Origin: Candidatus Bathyarchaeota archaeon
GTDB lineage: Archaea; Thermoproteota; Bathyarchaeia; Bathyarchaeales; Bathycorpusculaceae
NCBI GenBank assembly: GCA_963815095.1
Contig: CAWFFH010000001.1
Location: forward strand, 1-64,000
Direction of reading: 5' to 3'
DNA length: 64,000 nt
The stretch's first letter is position 1. The number at the start of each line of letters is the position of its first letter. This document shows positions 49,960-60,564 of the stretch, one piece after another. The notes below the pieces were generated by a model. That model was not told the origin of the DNA. It saw only the letters and a program-made list of their open reading frames with translations, and did no database searches. Both the position numbers and the translations under genes were made by a program.

Positions 49960-51084
49960 TTAGGGTTGAGGGGAGATTTTAGTTTTTTCCGTGTTTTCGA
50001 CTTTACCTGCCAGGGGTCTTAGTTCAAGATATTGTTGAGCCCCAAAACCTATGAAGAATCGGAACCACAAAGTTATGATTCGCACCAAGATGGTTGCGGT
50101 AGCAGCTAGAGGTCCATATATTCCCATAGATATGTATAGGGTAGTCATTACTGCTTCTGGAAGCCCAACTTCAAATGGCACACCGACTGGAATTGCTTTA
50201 ACGGCTAAAAATATTGCCGAAGTGACTATGATTATGCTCCAGGTAACTGGGTGACCAAGCGATTGGAACACGAGATAGGGTATGCTTAAGCTGAAGAACC
50301 ATGAAGCAACTAGGTAGACCATTGAGCCAGCTATAGCTTTAGGGTTATGTCGGAACTCTTTCATTGCATCATGGAAGTGAGTGGTAACTTCTACAGCTTG
50401 TCCAGTTAGTTTAGTTAGGTTTACTCTTCCGAAGGTTATTTTGTGGGCAGCGTTGGTTGCAAAATCTACGAGTTTGAGTGTCCATTGCTGCTTGAACGAC
50501 AAAACTAACATTAAAGCGATTATTCCTACAATTACTGCTCCAACTAAAATAATTGCGTTGAAAACCAACGGGTTAACGTTTCCACCACGAGTTAGCAAAA
50601 TTATTCCGGCAATTAAAGCAACAACGTTTAGAACCATGCCTAAGAGCCTGTGTGTAAAAAGTGAAGCTACCACTTTTCCGAAGGGACCGCATTTGTCTCT
50701 GGTACATAGGTAGGTTCGGGTTACTTCTCCGCTTATGGCTTGGGCTGGAACAATGGTGTCAACGTATATTCCATACCAAACGTAGAGGTAGGCTCTTACA
50801 ACGCTTATTTTGATTTTTAAGTAATTGGTTAGAACTCGCCATGATAACGTGAAGAAGAAGACTTCTAACAAACCGAATCCTATCGCTATTGCATAGATTA
50901 GAGGGTCTGCCGTTTTAGCTGTTTCAAAGATGCCTAAAATGTCTACTTTAAACAGGTAAATGTAGAGGAAAAAACCCGCTAAACCTAACAGCGGAAAAAC
51001 AGCTGTCTTCCAAGTTAGCTTTGGCTTAGTAGGTGGTTCCAAACAATTTTGCACCGTGTATAACGGAGAGGAATAAATCAGCAA
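49960..51084 (-). CDS. LPG-synthase TM region / flippase-like (UPF0104) membrane protein
   Basis: SWRVL, VPAQAISGEV, PVGVPFEVGLPE, LVRIITLW. Confidence 0.85.
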   Translation of the reverse strand: MLIYSSPLYTVQNCLEPPTKPKLTWKTAVFPLLGLAGFFLYIYLFKVDILGIFETAKTADPLIYAIAIGFGLLEVFFFTLSWRVLTNYLKIKISVVRAYLYVWYGIYVDTIVPAQAISGEVTRTYLCTRDKCGPFGKVVASLFTHRLLGMVLNVVALIAGIILLTRGGNVNPLVFNAIILVGAVIVGIIALMLVLSFKQQWTLKLVDFATNAAHKITFGRVNLTKLTGQAVEVTTHFHDAMKEFRHNPKAIAGSMVYLVASWFFSLSIPYLVFQSLGHPVTWSIIIVTSAIFLAVKAIPVGVPFEVGLPEAVMTTLYISMGIYGPLAATATILVRIITLWFRFFIGFGAQQYLELRPLAGKVENTEKTKISPQP

Positions 51085-51281
51085 TTATATACTTTACCCA
51101 AATCTCATCAACCATTTCTTTGCTAAACAGGGTGTTTCTAATCTTTCCAAATCTTAAAGACACGATCAATATTGGATTTTTTAGATTAATGACCGAGTGT
51201 TTTTTTGGTCATACAAGTTTGTGTATGTCATGACAACATTTTAATTGTTAGTGGCTTTTTACCAGTAATCAGGTCTTAGAA

Positions 51282-53054
51282 TTGAGCAGTGAAGCTAAAT
51301 GTTCCAAACCGCAGTGCGACAAGTTTGTTGCAGTTAATGAGTTAGCTAAGCGTAGAGGGTTTTTCTGGTCCAGCTTTGAGATTTATGGGGGTAGCGGCGG
51401 CTTTGTCACTTATGGTCCATTGGGCACACGCCTAAAACAGAATATCGAGGCGAAACTGAGAGAATTATTTGTCAAGAAAATTGGGATTTACGAGATGGAA
51501 TCCTCGGTTATAGCGCCGGGAAAAGTTTTCGAGGCTTCTGGCCATGTAGATCACTTCAAGGAGCCTATGGTGGAGTGCCAAAACTGCCACCAACGCTTCC
51601 GAGCTGACCACTTACTTGAGGAAAAAGGAATCAGTTCTGCAGAAGCAGAGAAAATGACGCTTGAAGATGTCGCGCAGGAAATCGAGCGGCACGGTGTTGT
51701 TTGTCCTGATTGCAAGGGCAAGTTCGGTGAACCCCAACGGTACTTGACAATGTTCCAAACAACCATTGGTCCTTACTCTGGTGCAGTTGGTTACGGCAGA
51801 CCCGAAGCTGCACAGAACATCTTCGTTGAGTTTAATAGGCTATTTACAACTGCACGCGAACGACTGCCATTTGGGTGTATCCAGATTGGGCATGCGTTAC
51901 GCAACGAAATTTCTCCTCGCCAAGGCCTAATCCGCCTCCGAGAATTCACGATTGCTGACTTAGAATTCTTCTTTGATCCCGAAGAACCCCGCTGCGATAG
52001 GATAACCGAAGTTGAAAACGAGGTTTTGCCAATCCTGCTCTGTGAAACGCGGCTTAAAGAATGCGAAGACATAACAAACTTCACAGTTCGCGAGGCCTTG
52101 GACAAAAAAGTTATCCGCAGTGAGTGGCAAGCGTTCTTTATGGCTATGGCCAAACGTTTGCTTTCTGAACTTGGTGTTCCCGCAAACAAACAACGGTTTA
52201 TCGAAAAACTCACTTGGGAAAAAGCACACTACAGCAGCCAAAGCTTCGACCAAGAAGTGCTCGTGGATCGTTGGGGTTGGGTGGAGGTTTCTGGGCATGC
52301 TTACCGCACCGACTACGATTTGAACTGCCACATGAAAGCAAGCGGCGTCGATATGACCGTTTACAAAGAATACGCTACCCCAATTGAGAAAGAAGAGCTT
52401 ACAGTAAAGCCGATTATGGCTAAGCTTGGACCAGTCTATAAAGGCGAAGCAGGCAAAGTTGCAACTGCGTTAGCTAAGGTGCCTGCTCAGCAAGTGGCAG
52501 ATGAAATGGCAAAAGACGGCAGCTTCATGATTGAAGGCTACCAATTTTTCCCCGAACAAGTTGACATCGGCAAGCAGAAAACCATAGTCCGCGGCACACG
52601 CTTCGTACCCCACGTGGTTGAACCCAGCTTTGGCTCAGACAGACTATTCTATGTAGCTTTAGAGTATGCTTACACCGTAAAAGATGACCGTGTCGTTCTC
52701 AGTTTTCCACGCAGCATCGTGCCTATCCAAGTTGGCGTTTATCCACTTATGGGCAAAGACGGCTTAGACACCAAAGCCAAAGAAGTGCAGAAGCTGTTGA
52801 CAGGTGAGGGTTTTATGACTGAATATGATGAGACAGGATCGATTGGCAGGCGATACGCGAGAGCGGACGAAGCAGGCGTACAATTTGGAATAACCATTGA
52901 CTATGACACTTTAAACGACAGCACAGTAACTATACGCGATCGCGACAGCTGGCAACAAATCCGAATCGCAATCAAAGATTTGCCTGAGCAATTGCATAAA
53001 TACTTTGAAGGTAAACTAAACTTTGAACAACTTGGCAGCATTATCAAAGGTTAA
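51282..53054 (+). CDS. glyS: Glycine--tRNA ligase (archaeal/eukaryal alpha2 type)
   Basis: RRGFF..SFEIYGG, RPEAAQ, RNEISPRQGLIRLREF, AHYS, VEPSFG, GSIGRRYARADE. Confidence 0.97.
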   Translation: MSSEAKCSKPQCDKFVAVNELAKRRGFFWSSFEIYGGSGGFVTYGPLGTRLKQNIEAKLRELFVKKIGIYEMESSVIAPGKVFEASGHVDHFKEPMVECQNCHQRFRADHLLEEKGISSAEAEKMTLEDVAQEIERHGVVCPDCKGKFGEPQRYLTMFQTTIGPYSGAVGYGRPEAAQNIFVEFNRLFTTARERLPFGCIQIGHALRNEISPRQGLIRLREFTIADLEFFFDPEEPRCDRITEVENEVLPILLCETRLKECEDITNFTVREALDKKVIRSEWQAFFMAMAKRLLSELGVPANKQRFIEKLTWEKAHYSSQSFDQEVLVDRWGWVEVSGHAYRTDYDLNCHMKASGVDMTVYKEYATPIEKEELTVKPIMAKLGPVYKGEAGKVATALAKVPAQQVADEMAKDGSFMIEGYQFFPEQVDIGKQKTIVRGTRFVPHVVEPSFGSDRLFYVALEYAYTVKDDRVVLSFPRSIVPIQVGVYPLMGKDGLDTKAKEVQKLLTGEGFMTEYDETGSIGRRYARADEAGVQFGITIDYDTLNDSTVTIRDRDSWQQIRIAIKDLPEQLHKYFEGKLNFEQLGSIIKG

Positions 53055-53126
53055 GTAGCTAACTTTTTTAATGCACACGCAAATAGTAAAAGTGAATATT
53101 AGGTTGTTATAAAAGAGGGAAAATGT

Positions 53127-53786
53127 TTGGTACTTCCAGCAGAAACAGAAGAGCGAGTGAAACGGCGAGCTTTGAATGCTTGTCAAGATAACTTACGTAA
53201 GGTTGTAGATGTTTCAAGAAAAATCCCTCAACTAGTCGAGTACTTTGCAAGCGGCGACAAAGAAAACGCCCGCAAACTGTTCAGTGAAATCAAAACAGGC
53301 GAAGAAGAAGTTATCAAAGCAAGACGCATGGTGTCACAAGAACTAGCTGAAATAGGCGCCATTTTGATTGCTCGAGAAGACTTTTTAAGATTTACTAACT
53401 TATCAAGCGAAATAGCTGATTTCTCCGAAGGAATCGCATATTACCTTGTCGAAATCATGGAGCATAATTGGGTCATATCGCCAGAAGTCAAAAAAGACAT
53501 CCTAAAACTCTCCCTTGCCGTATTGGACTCTGTACTTAAACTCCGTGAAACCATGATGGTGCTAAACTATGGTCCACAAAAAACCCTAGAACGCGCCAAA
53601 GACGTAGAAATCGCCGAACGCATCGTTGACGACCAATACCGCATCCTAACAATTAAGGTTCTAGGCAGCAAATTCGAAGTACCCGTACTTCTGCTTCTAA
53701 GAGATGTTCTACAGCTTTTGGAGAACTCGGCTGACAAAGCCGAAGATGCAGCCGACGCCGCCCGCACAATCTCCTTCATCATGTAA
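53127..53786 (+). CDS. DUF47/PhoU-like protein
   Basis: REDFL...IAD...ERIVDDQYR...LENSADKAEDAAD. Confidence 0.85.
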   Translation: MVLPAETEERVKRRALNACQDNLRKVVDVSRKIPQLVEYFASGDKENARKLFSEIKTGEEEVIKARRMVSQELAEIGAILIAREDFLRFTNLSSEIADFSEGIAYYLVEIMEHNWVISPEVKKDILKLSLAVLDSVLKLRETMMVLNYGPQKTLERAKDVEIAERIVDDQYRILTIKVLGSKFEVPVLLLLRDVLQLLENSADKAEDAADAARTISFIM

Positions 53787-53800
53787 CAAGAGCGAGTGAG

Positions 53801-54355
53801 ATGCCAAAAACACAGGTTGAACTCATCGAGAACTTCCTTGTTGTATGGAACCCAAAAGAAGGCTCTGAACTCTACAAAACCGCCTACTACGGCAAACCCG
53901 TCGGCATCCCCAAACCAAAAGTTCCCGATTTTGATGTGCCCCTAATTTTGGATTTAATGGAGGGTCTCTATCTTGTCGAGGTTGAACGCATTGAAGTCTA
54001 CGAGAACTCCAACCAAAACTTGGTCAGTCTAAAAAAGCTGCGGCATAAAGCCAAGCAACTCTACGACGGTTTCGAGGAAAAATACGCTGTTTACCATGAC
54101 CTCCGAGACAGCGGCTTAATCGTGACTCCGGGCATAAAATTTGGATGTGATTTCGCCGTTTACAAATACGGTCCAGGTGTGGAACATGCACCCTACATGG
54201 TCACCGTTAAAAAAGCAGGTAGCGAAATCTCTGCCACAGAAATCGTCAAAAACGGCAGGTTAGCGACGACCGTTCGTAAACGTTTCATTATTGCAGTGCC
54301 AGATTTGGCTTCTAAGGAAATTCAGTATTTGATTTTTAAATGGTTTAAAGCTTAA
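53801..54355 (+). CDS. endA: tRNA-splicing endonuclease, catalytic subunit
   Basis: VYHDLRDSG...GIKFGCDFAVYKYGPGVEHAPY...RLATTVRK (catalytic Y/H/K); YYGKPVGIPKPK loop. Confidence 0.93.
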   Translation: MPKTQVELIENFLVVWNPKEGSELYKTAYYGKPVGIPKPKVPDFDVPLILDLMEGLYLVEVERIEVYENSNQNLVSLKKLRHKAKQLYDGFEEKYAVYHDLRDSGLIVTPGIKFGCDFAVYKYGPGVEHAPYMVTVKKAGSEISATEIVKNGRLATTVRKRFIIAVPDLASKEIQYLIFKWFKA

Positions 54356-54367
54356 CGAAAAATCAAC

Positions 54368-54901
54368 TTATCTTTGTTCAATCATTTTCTTTATGTTTGT
54401 TATATCTTTCTTTAGGAGTCTTTGCTGGTTTTCCTTGTATTTATCGATCGTCAAAACGGTAAGGGCTTGATTTATCTTGTTGTCGTATTTGCTTGTTTCC
54501 TTTAGCACGTTGGCTAATCCTTGGATTGCTTGCCGTGCAGTTATGAATTTTTCATCCACACAGCAGCCTAGATATTTGTCAATGGTTTTGCTGAATTTGC
54601 CATCGTTGTCCCATTTTATGTTTTCAGCGATAAGCATAAGCCCTAAACTTCGCTGGTAAGAGTTGGAGCTGTCCAGTTTTTTCTCAAGCTCATCCCAATG
54701 GGAATAGACAAGGGAAAACAGACGGGAATTCGCCTGCAATAAAAGAAAAGTGTTGTACCTGACGGCGTCGTCTTTTTCAGTTAAGGTTGCCACAAGAAAA
54801 TCTACGTCGCATTCTGACAGCTTTTTTGCAAGGTCAGGTATCTCGTTTTTCGACAAATTTTTTAACCCATTGATATCCATGGATTTTCTTCCCTTTATCA
54901 T
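54368..54901 (-). CDS. HEAT/ARM-like hypothetical protein
   Basis: KDDAVRYN, SSNSYQRSLG, DEKFITARQAIQGL helical repeats. Confidence 0.6.
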   Translation of the reverse strand: MIKGRKSMDINGLKNLSKNEIPDLAKKLSECDVDFLVATLTEKDDAVRYNTFLLLQANSRLFSLVYSHWDELEKKLDSSNSYQRSLGLMLIAENIKWDNDGKFSKTIDKYLGCCVDEKFITARQAIQGLANVLKETSKYDNKINQALTVLTIDKYKENQQRLLKKDITNIKKMIEQR

Positions 54902-54947
54902 ATTTTTCTATGGTTTTCTGTTAAGAGGATAAAATGGGAAGCTGCTT

Positions 54948-56252
54948 TTAGTTTGCGCTAATTGTTTGGTTTTGGAATTCTCCCCGGATGGTTTGGTGGG
55001 GATAAATTTTGGTTGCCGTCAACGAGCAGCCTTCTTCAAGTACAACATCGTCGGCAATTACGCTGACCGCAGATATTTTTGTGGGTTTAAGGCAACTTGA
55101 GTTAATAGCAACGTGTCTGCCGATAATGCTGTCATAGATTTCAGCATTTTCGCCGATTATAACTCGGTCCATAACCGCTGAGTTTGCGACAACGACATTT
55201 TTGCCTATTCTCGTGAAGTCATCTATGCATGAATTAACGATTCGTGCGCCATCCTCGATTTGGCAGTGTCGCCCAATTAACACAGCTCCTTCAATTTGGA
55301 TTTTTTTTTGCTTAATTTTCTGGATAATCTCTTGGCGGCGTTTCTCTGAATCGGCACTCTCACCCTGTACCCAAATAGGCGTTTCTTTGTTTAATCTGCC
55401 GCCAAAGTCTCGAAGAGTTGAAAATCCGCCTCCCAACAGGTTCTTCATGGCTTCCAAGTAACTCTTTGGGGTACCCACGTCAAACCAGCTGCCTTTGAGA
55501 GTGTAACCAAACACCGGACGCCCAGTTGAAATAACGTAAGGAATGAAGTCGTAACCGAAGTCCAAACGATTTTTTTCTTTGATTATTTGTTGGACGCCTT
55601 TTTCTTTGAAAATCTTCCGCATTTCAGGCGAGAGCACATACAAGCCTGTGTTGGCAAGGTTGCTTGGGGCATCTTTAGGTAAGGGTTTTTCAACGAAACG
55701 TTTTATGCGGCAGTCTTTGTCGATATCCGCTATGCCTAAACCCTCAACGTTGTCAACTTCACGAAGTACAATGGTTAAGGCTGAGCATTTTTCTTTGTGG
55801 AAGTCAATTAGGTTTTTGACTTTTATGTCAAAGATATTGTCGCCTTGCACTGCGAAGATGGGGTTCGTTAGTTCGTAGTACTCCATATTTATTCGTGCGG
55901 AGTCAGCGCTGCCGAGGTCGGGGACGTTGGGCTGGTATTTTATGTGGACGCGGGGTTTGATGTTGTACCTGGCGGAGAATCCAACGCCGGATTCAAAGTA
56001 GTCGTAGAGGTCTCGGTAGTTGGTGTAGCCTTTGACGCCGAATATGAAGTTGCGAATTCCCTGGCTTGCCAGAGACAGAAGTGAAAACTCCACGAGTGGC
56101 CTGTTTAATAAGCGTAGGCATGCTTTGCTGGTTTCCGCTGTTAAGGGTAGAAGGCGGGTGGCTTTGCCGCCGACGGGTATGATTACTCGGATTTTTTCTG
56201 GAGCATAGTTGTCTCCGACAAGGGGGGCGTAATGGTCACTCAAGTAATTCAC
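54948..56252 (-). CDS. Sugar-1-phosphate nucleotidyltransferase (NDP-sugar synthase) with left-handed beta-helix
   Basis: VGGKATRLLPLT...K, VQGDN, FVEKP, ANTGLY, WFDVGT, hexapeptide repeats. Confidence 0.9.
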   Translation of the reverse strand: MNYLSDHYAPLVGDNYAPEKIRVIIPVGGKATRLLPLTAETSKACLRLLNRPLVEFSLLSLASQGIRNFIFGVKGYTNYRDLYDYFESGVGFSARYNIKPRVHIKYQPNVPDLGSADSARINMEYYELTNPIFAVQGDNIFDIKVKNLIDFHKEKCSALTIVLREVDNVEGLGIADIDKDCRIKRFVEKPLPKDAPSNLANTGLYVLSPEMRKIFKEKGVQQIIKEKNRLDFGYDFIPYVISTGRPVFGYTLKGSWFDVGTPKSYLEAMKNLLGGGFSTLRDFGGRLNKETPIWVQGESADSEKRRQEIIQKIKQKKIQIEGAVLIGRHCQIEDGARIVNSCIDDFTRIGKNVVVANSAVMDRVIIGENAEIYDSIIGRHVAINSSCLKPTKISAVSVIADDVVLEEGCSLTATKIYPHQTIRGEFQNQTISAN

Positions 56253-56481
56253 CGGTTATGCTCTTAGGTTGCACGCTAAGTCTTTTAATGTTTCTCATAA
56301 AAATATTAGCAGAATAAGCTATTTTTCAGATCTTTTATACTAAATAGGCAAAATTTAGGTAGAATATTGAAAAACGCTACTTTTATTAGCACATCTATTG
56401 TTAACTTTAAAGGGGGTAAGTTACCCTACATTTCTATTTTTGGGCAATTTATTCCACAAATTTAAGGAAGAAAAGAAGAAA

Positions 56482-59127
56482 ATGCAAATTGTAAAGCACA
56501 AAAATCTTGCTTTAATACTGTCTACGATTTTAGCTATTTCAATGGCATTTGCAATAGTGCCCCTTCCAACTGCAAACGCACATACACCACCTTGGCAAAT
56601 TCCAACCTTTGCGTATGTTCAGGTGGCACCCAACCCGGTGGGTGTCGGTCAGCCAGTGCATGTTTTTATTTGGCTCAACGTTCCTCATGACGGTGCAGCA
56701 GTAACAAACGATTACAGATTTCATAATTACCTACTAAACATTACAGCGCCTAATGGTATAACAACGACAACTTCATATGCTAATATCCAAGATACGACAT
56801 CTTCCCAATACTTCATAGTGACTCCTGACCAAATTGGAACATACATTTTTAACTTCACTTTCCCAGGAAACAACATTAATGACTACAGCCACGCGAACGA
56901 TGCATTCGTAAATGACACCTACCTGCCAAGCTCAGCATCCACTACACTTATAGTTAAACAAGAACCTCTGCCAGACCCAATCGGTAGCTATCCGCTTCCT
57001 CAAGAATATTGGACAAGACCAATCTACGGTGAAAACAACTTCTGGTGGACGATTTCATCCAATTGGTTAGGTCAAGGAGCACCTGGCTACGCTGGCGTCA
57101 ACAGACCAGGAGCAAGACAACAAAGCTTTCCAGGCGATGCCGTAGGACCACAAACCGCTCATATCATGTGGACTAAACCACTCCAAACTGGAGGAGTCGT
57201 TGGAGGAAACAACTTCGCAATACAAGGAAACACATACTTTGAAGGATCCGCCTACAACCAAAGATTTGCCAACCCCATAATTCTGAACGGAAAACTGTAC
57301 TATACTGAAACTGTGTCTTTCACCGGTACCCCCAATAACGGCTTTGGAAGTGCAGGTCCGATCGGTCCAACTGACTGTATTGATTTACGCACGGGACAAA
57401 TTCTTTGGTCTCGCAGTGATGTTCCTCCGCTTTCATTCGGCTACATATATGACCTCGAAGACCCTAACCAACACGGAGTTTACCCCGCAATTCTTTTCAC
57501 AAGCAACTTTGCACGTGCTTTCGACGCAGATACAGGAACCGCATTGTTTAATGTGACAGGTGTTCCAACAGGCACATTAGCAAAGGGTCCACAAGGAGAA
57601 CAATTAAGGTATGTAATATCAAATATAGGCACCACAGCGAACCCAAATTGGACGCTAGCTGAGTGGAATTCGACAAAAATCTGGTCATTTGCAAGTACAA
57701 ATCCTGGACTTAATTATACAGGTCCAATTGACGGAAGCATTTCAGATTTAAACAATCCCAGCACTCGATATGACTGGAATGTCTCAATACCTTGGCGCGC
57801 AAGCATGACAGCAACAACAGTCTTCAACGGTTTCTACAACAACATGTTACTTTGCTATAACGGCTCTTTGCCAAATGTGTTTAACGCCCTTACACTAACT
57901 CCATACACATACTTCGCGGTCAACCTTAACGCCTCTCGACCAGGATACAAAATAGGTGATTTACTATGGACAAACACAGTTAATCCATCATCAAACAACG
58001 TCAGCATCAACGTAGGAGACTCAGATCCAATCGCAGGTGTTTTCGTTGAAGGATACCGCGAGACAACACAATGGGTTGGATACAGTATGACTACAGGAGC
58101 AAAACTTTGGGGTCCAACAGCAGGGCAATCACCATGGGACTACTATGGCAATACAGGCGTCTCCATCGCCCAAGGAGCAGCTGCCTACGGCAACCTCTAC
58201 AGTAGTGGATTTGGCGGAATAACCTACTGCTATGATTTAACAAATGGTCAACTACGCTTCACATATGGCAATGGCGGACCAGGCAACAGCACTAACAGCG
58301 GCTTTTACACAGCTTACGGCGACTACCCAACCTTCATAACAGCAATTGGCGACGGAGTGATCTACCTGATTAGTACTGAACACACAGCCACCTCTCCGAT
58401 TTACAAAGGCGCCTTGGCACGTGCAATCAACGCTACAGATGGAACAGAAATATGGACCCTATCAGATTATACTTCAACACTAGCAGGTCCAGGTTCCTCA
58501 CCCACAAGCTACGCAATTGCCGATGGATATGCAACTTTCTTCAATGGCTATGACAACCAAATCTATAGCGTCGGCAGAGGACCAACAGGCATTTCAGTTG
58601 ATGCCTCAAAGCTTCAGACCATCGGAGGCAGCGTCGTCATTACTGGTCGATTAACGGATGTTTCTGCAGGTACAAAACAAGATGAGCAAGCCTCACGATT
58701 CGCTAATGGGGTTCCATGCGCTTCTGACGCCAGCATGAAAGACTGGATGGGCTATGTTTACCAGCAAAAACCATTGCCCACCAACTTTACAGGGGTTCCA
58801 GTAACCATAGATGTCGTAGATTCTAACGGCAACTACCGAAACATTGGAACTGCCACCACCGATGCAAGCGGCGAATACAGCCTTGTATGGGCACCCGACA
58901 TCCCAGGAACATACAATGTCGTTGCTACTTTCCACGGAACCAATGGCTACTGGCAATCATACACAGAAACAACATTTAACGTAATGCAAGCAGCCGCTAC
59001 CCCAACGTCACCAATATCTGCACCAACGTCAAACACTGACATGTACATATTAGGCTCCGCAATTGCCATCATAATTGTGGTAATCATTGTCGGCGCAGCA
59101 ATAATTTTGATGCAAAGAAAAAGATAG
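56482..59127 (+). CDS. Large secreted, C-terminally anchored PQQ-like beta-propeller surface protein
   Basis: Signal peptide (likely start MQIVK at 56482); PNPVGVGQ, YWTRPIYGEN, HIMWTKP, propeller W motifs; TM plus RKR end. Confidence 0.85.
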   Translation: MQIVKHKNLALILSTILAISMAFAIVPLPTANAHTPPWQIPTFAYVQVAPNPVGVGQPVHVFIWLNVPHDGAAVTNDYRFHNYLLNITAPNGITTTTSYANIQDTTSSQYFIVTPDQIGTYIFNFTFPGNNINDYSHANDAFVNDTYLPSSASTTLIVKQEPLPDPIGSYPLPQEYWTRPIYGENNFWWTISSNWLGQGAPGYAGVNRPGARQQSFPGDAVGPQTAHIMWTKPLQTGGVVGGNNFAIQGNTYFEGSAYNQRFANPIILNGKLYYTETVSFTGTPNNGFGSAGPIGPTDCIDLRTGQILWSRSDVPPLSFGYIYDLEDPNQHGVYPAILFTSNFARAFDADTGTALFNVTGVPTGTLAKGPQGEQLRYVISNIGTTANPNWTLAEWNSTKIWSFASTNPGLNYTGPIDGSISDLNNPSTRYDWNVSIPWRASMTATTVFNGFYNNMLLCYNGSLPNVFNALTLTPYTYFAVNLNASRPGYKIGDLLWTNTVNPSSNNVSINVGDSDPIAGVFVEGYRETTQWVGYSMTTGAKLWGPTAGQSPWDYYGNTGVSIAQGAAAYGNLYSSGFGGITYCYDLTNGQLRFTYGNGGPGNSTNSGFYTAYGDYPTFITAIGDGVIYLISTEHTATSPIYKGALARAINATDGTEIWTLSDYTSTLAGPGSSPTSYAIADGYATFFNGYDNQIYSVGRGPTGISVDASKLQTIGGSVVITGRLTDVSAGTKQDEQASRFANGVPCASDASMKDWMGYVYQQKPLPTNFTGVPVTIDVVDSNGNYRNIGTATTDASGEYSLVWAPDIPGTYNVVATFHGTNGYWQSYTETTFNVMQAAATPTSPISAPTSNTDMYILGSAIAIIIVVIIVGAAIILMQRKR

Positions 59128-59167
59128 CCTCACTAAATAGCAAACAAATTCCTTCTTTTTTTATTGT

Positions 59168-59587
59168 TTAATTCTTAAGGGTTGGCAACCTTATCAGATG
59201 TATGCTTACCCCAACTGCGATTAGTAACAGAGCAACTTGGGCAATAAGAATCTCGTCTAATGCGATAAACGCTGAATAAATTATGCCAGCCCACAATAAA
59301 GTCAACACTATGATTTTTGTTTTGAAAGGAATCCCTCTGCCTTCCTGGTAGTTTCTGATGTATTCCCCAAACCACCTATTCTCTAACAGCCACTTATGCA
59401 TACGTTGAGAACTCCTCATGTAGCAGGCGGCGGAGAGCAGAAGAAAAGGTGTTGTGGGCAAAATGGGCAAGAAAACTCCAATGGCGCCTAACGCAAGGGA
59501 AAAAGTTCCTGCTACAATTAACAGCCACCTGACTATCTTTTGTTTGCTGCTTTTGGGAGTTGGGCTCTGTTGGGCGGTATTTTCCAT
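59168..59587 (-). CDS. YbaN/DUF454 family membrane protein
   Basis: GVFLPILPTTPFLLLSAACY.RSS...WLL. Confidence 0.9.
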   Translation of the reverse strand: MENTAQQSPTPKSSKQKIVRWLLIVAGTFSLALGAIGVFLPILPTTPFLLLSAACYMRSSQRMHKWLLENRWFGEYIRNYQEGRGIPFKTKIIVLTLLWAGIIYSAFIALDEILIAQVALLLIAVGVSIHLIRLPTLKN

Positions 59588-59702
59588 GGTTTTCGAATTG
59601 TTTAAGATTTCATCGTTTAATAAAAATCATGCGCATTCTTTTTAACATATGGAATTTTTATAACTACCCTCGACAGACTAAACTAACTAATAGGTTAACA
59701 GA

Positions 59703-60554
59703 ATGAACAAACTTAACGGTTTCATCCACTTAATGAGACCAGTCAACTGTATAATGATGGGTTTCGCCGTTTTCGTGGGCGCAGTTTTAGCCGCTTCCCA
59801 ACTTGGCAGCCTCAACTGGTTTAACATACTCTTTGGCTTCCTAACAGGTTTTACATTCTGCGCCGTCGCAATGGTCATAAACGACTATTACGATCGCAAA
59901 ATTGACGCCATCAACGAACCACAGAGGCCTATCCCAAGTGGCATAGTCAAACCCAATGAAGCCTTAATGTTCGTTGGAGTACTCGCTGTGGTGGGTTTTG
60001 TCTTCGCTGGTTTAGTGAGCTCTTTATGTTTTGTTGTGGCAGGAGCATCTCTAGCTATAACCGCAACGTACATTACTGTTGGTAAGAGAAGTGGGTTGCC
60101 TGGAAACTTTTTAGTCAGCATCTGCGTTGCTATCCCATTCATCTACGGCAGCATAACCGCTATAGGAACCGTCGGGTTGAATGTGCTATTATTTGCATCC
60201 ATGGCTTTCCTCTCAAACACGGGCAGAGAAATCACAAAAGGTATAGTGGACGTTAAAGGCGATAGCGCTGAAGGAGTAAAAACTTTGGCAGTGCGCTTTG
60301 GAGAAAAAATTGCAGCAGTTGTGGCGGTGGCATTTTTCATTTTTGCGGTGGCATTAACCCCTGTCACCTGGTTTTTAGGGCTTGTAGGATTCTGGTTTAT
60401 TCCATTTGTTTTAGTCACAGATGTGGGACTACTGATTTGTTCAGCGGTTTTGCTGATGGACCATTCACGAGAAAAAGCTCGAAGAATAAAAAAAGTAGTG
60501 TTATACCTGTTCTTAGTAGGGCTTCTGGCGTATATCTTTGGGGTTATTAAATAA
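59703..60554 (+). CDS. Digeranylgeranylglyceryl phosphate synthase (UbiA family)
   Basis: MRPVN, INDYYDRKIDAINEPQRPIPSG, GREITKGIVDVKGD. Confidence 0.9.
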   Translation: MNKLNGFIHLMRPVNCIMMGFAVFVGAVLAASQLGSLNWFNILFGFLTGFTFCAVAMVINDYYDRKIDAINEPQRPIPSGIVKPNEALMFVGVLAVVGFVFAGLVSSLCFVVAGASLAITATYITVGKRSGLPGNFLVSICVAIPFIYGSITAIGTVGLNVLLFASMAFLSNTGREITKGIVDVKGDSAEGVKTLAVRFGEKIAAVVAVAFFIFAVALTPVTWFLGLVGFWFIPFVLVTDVGLLICSAVLLMDHSREKARRIKKVVLYLFLVGLLAYIFGVIK

Positions 60555-60564
60555 AAACAGAAAA

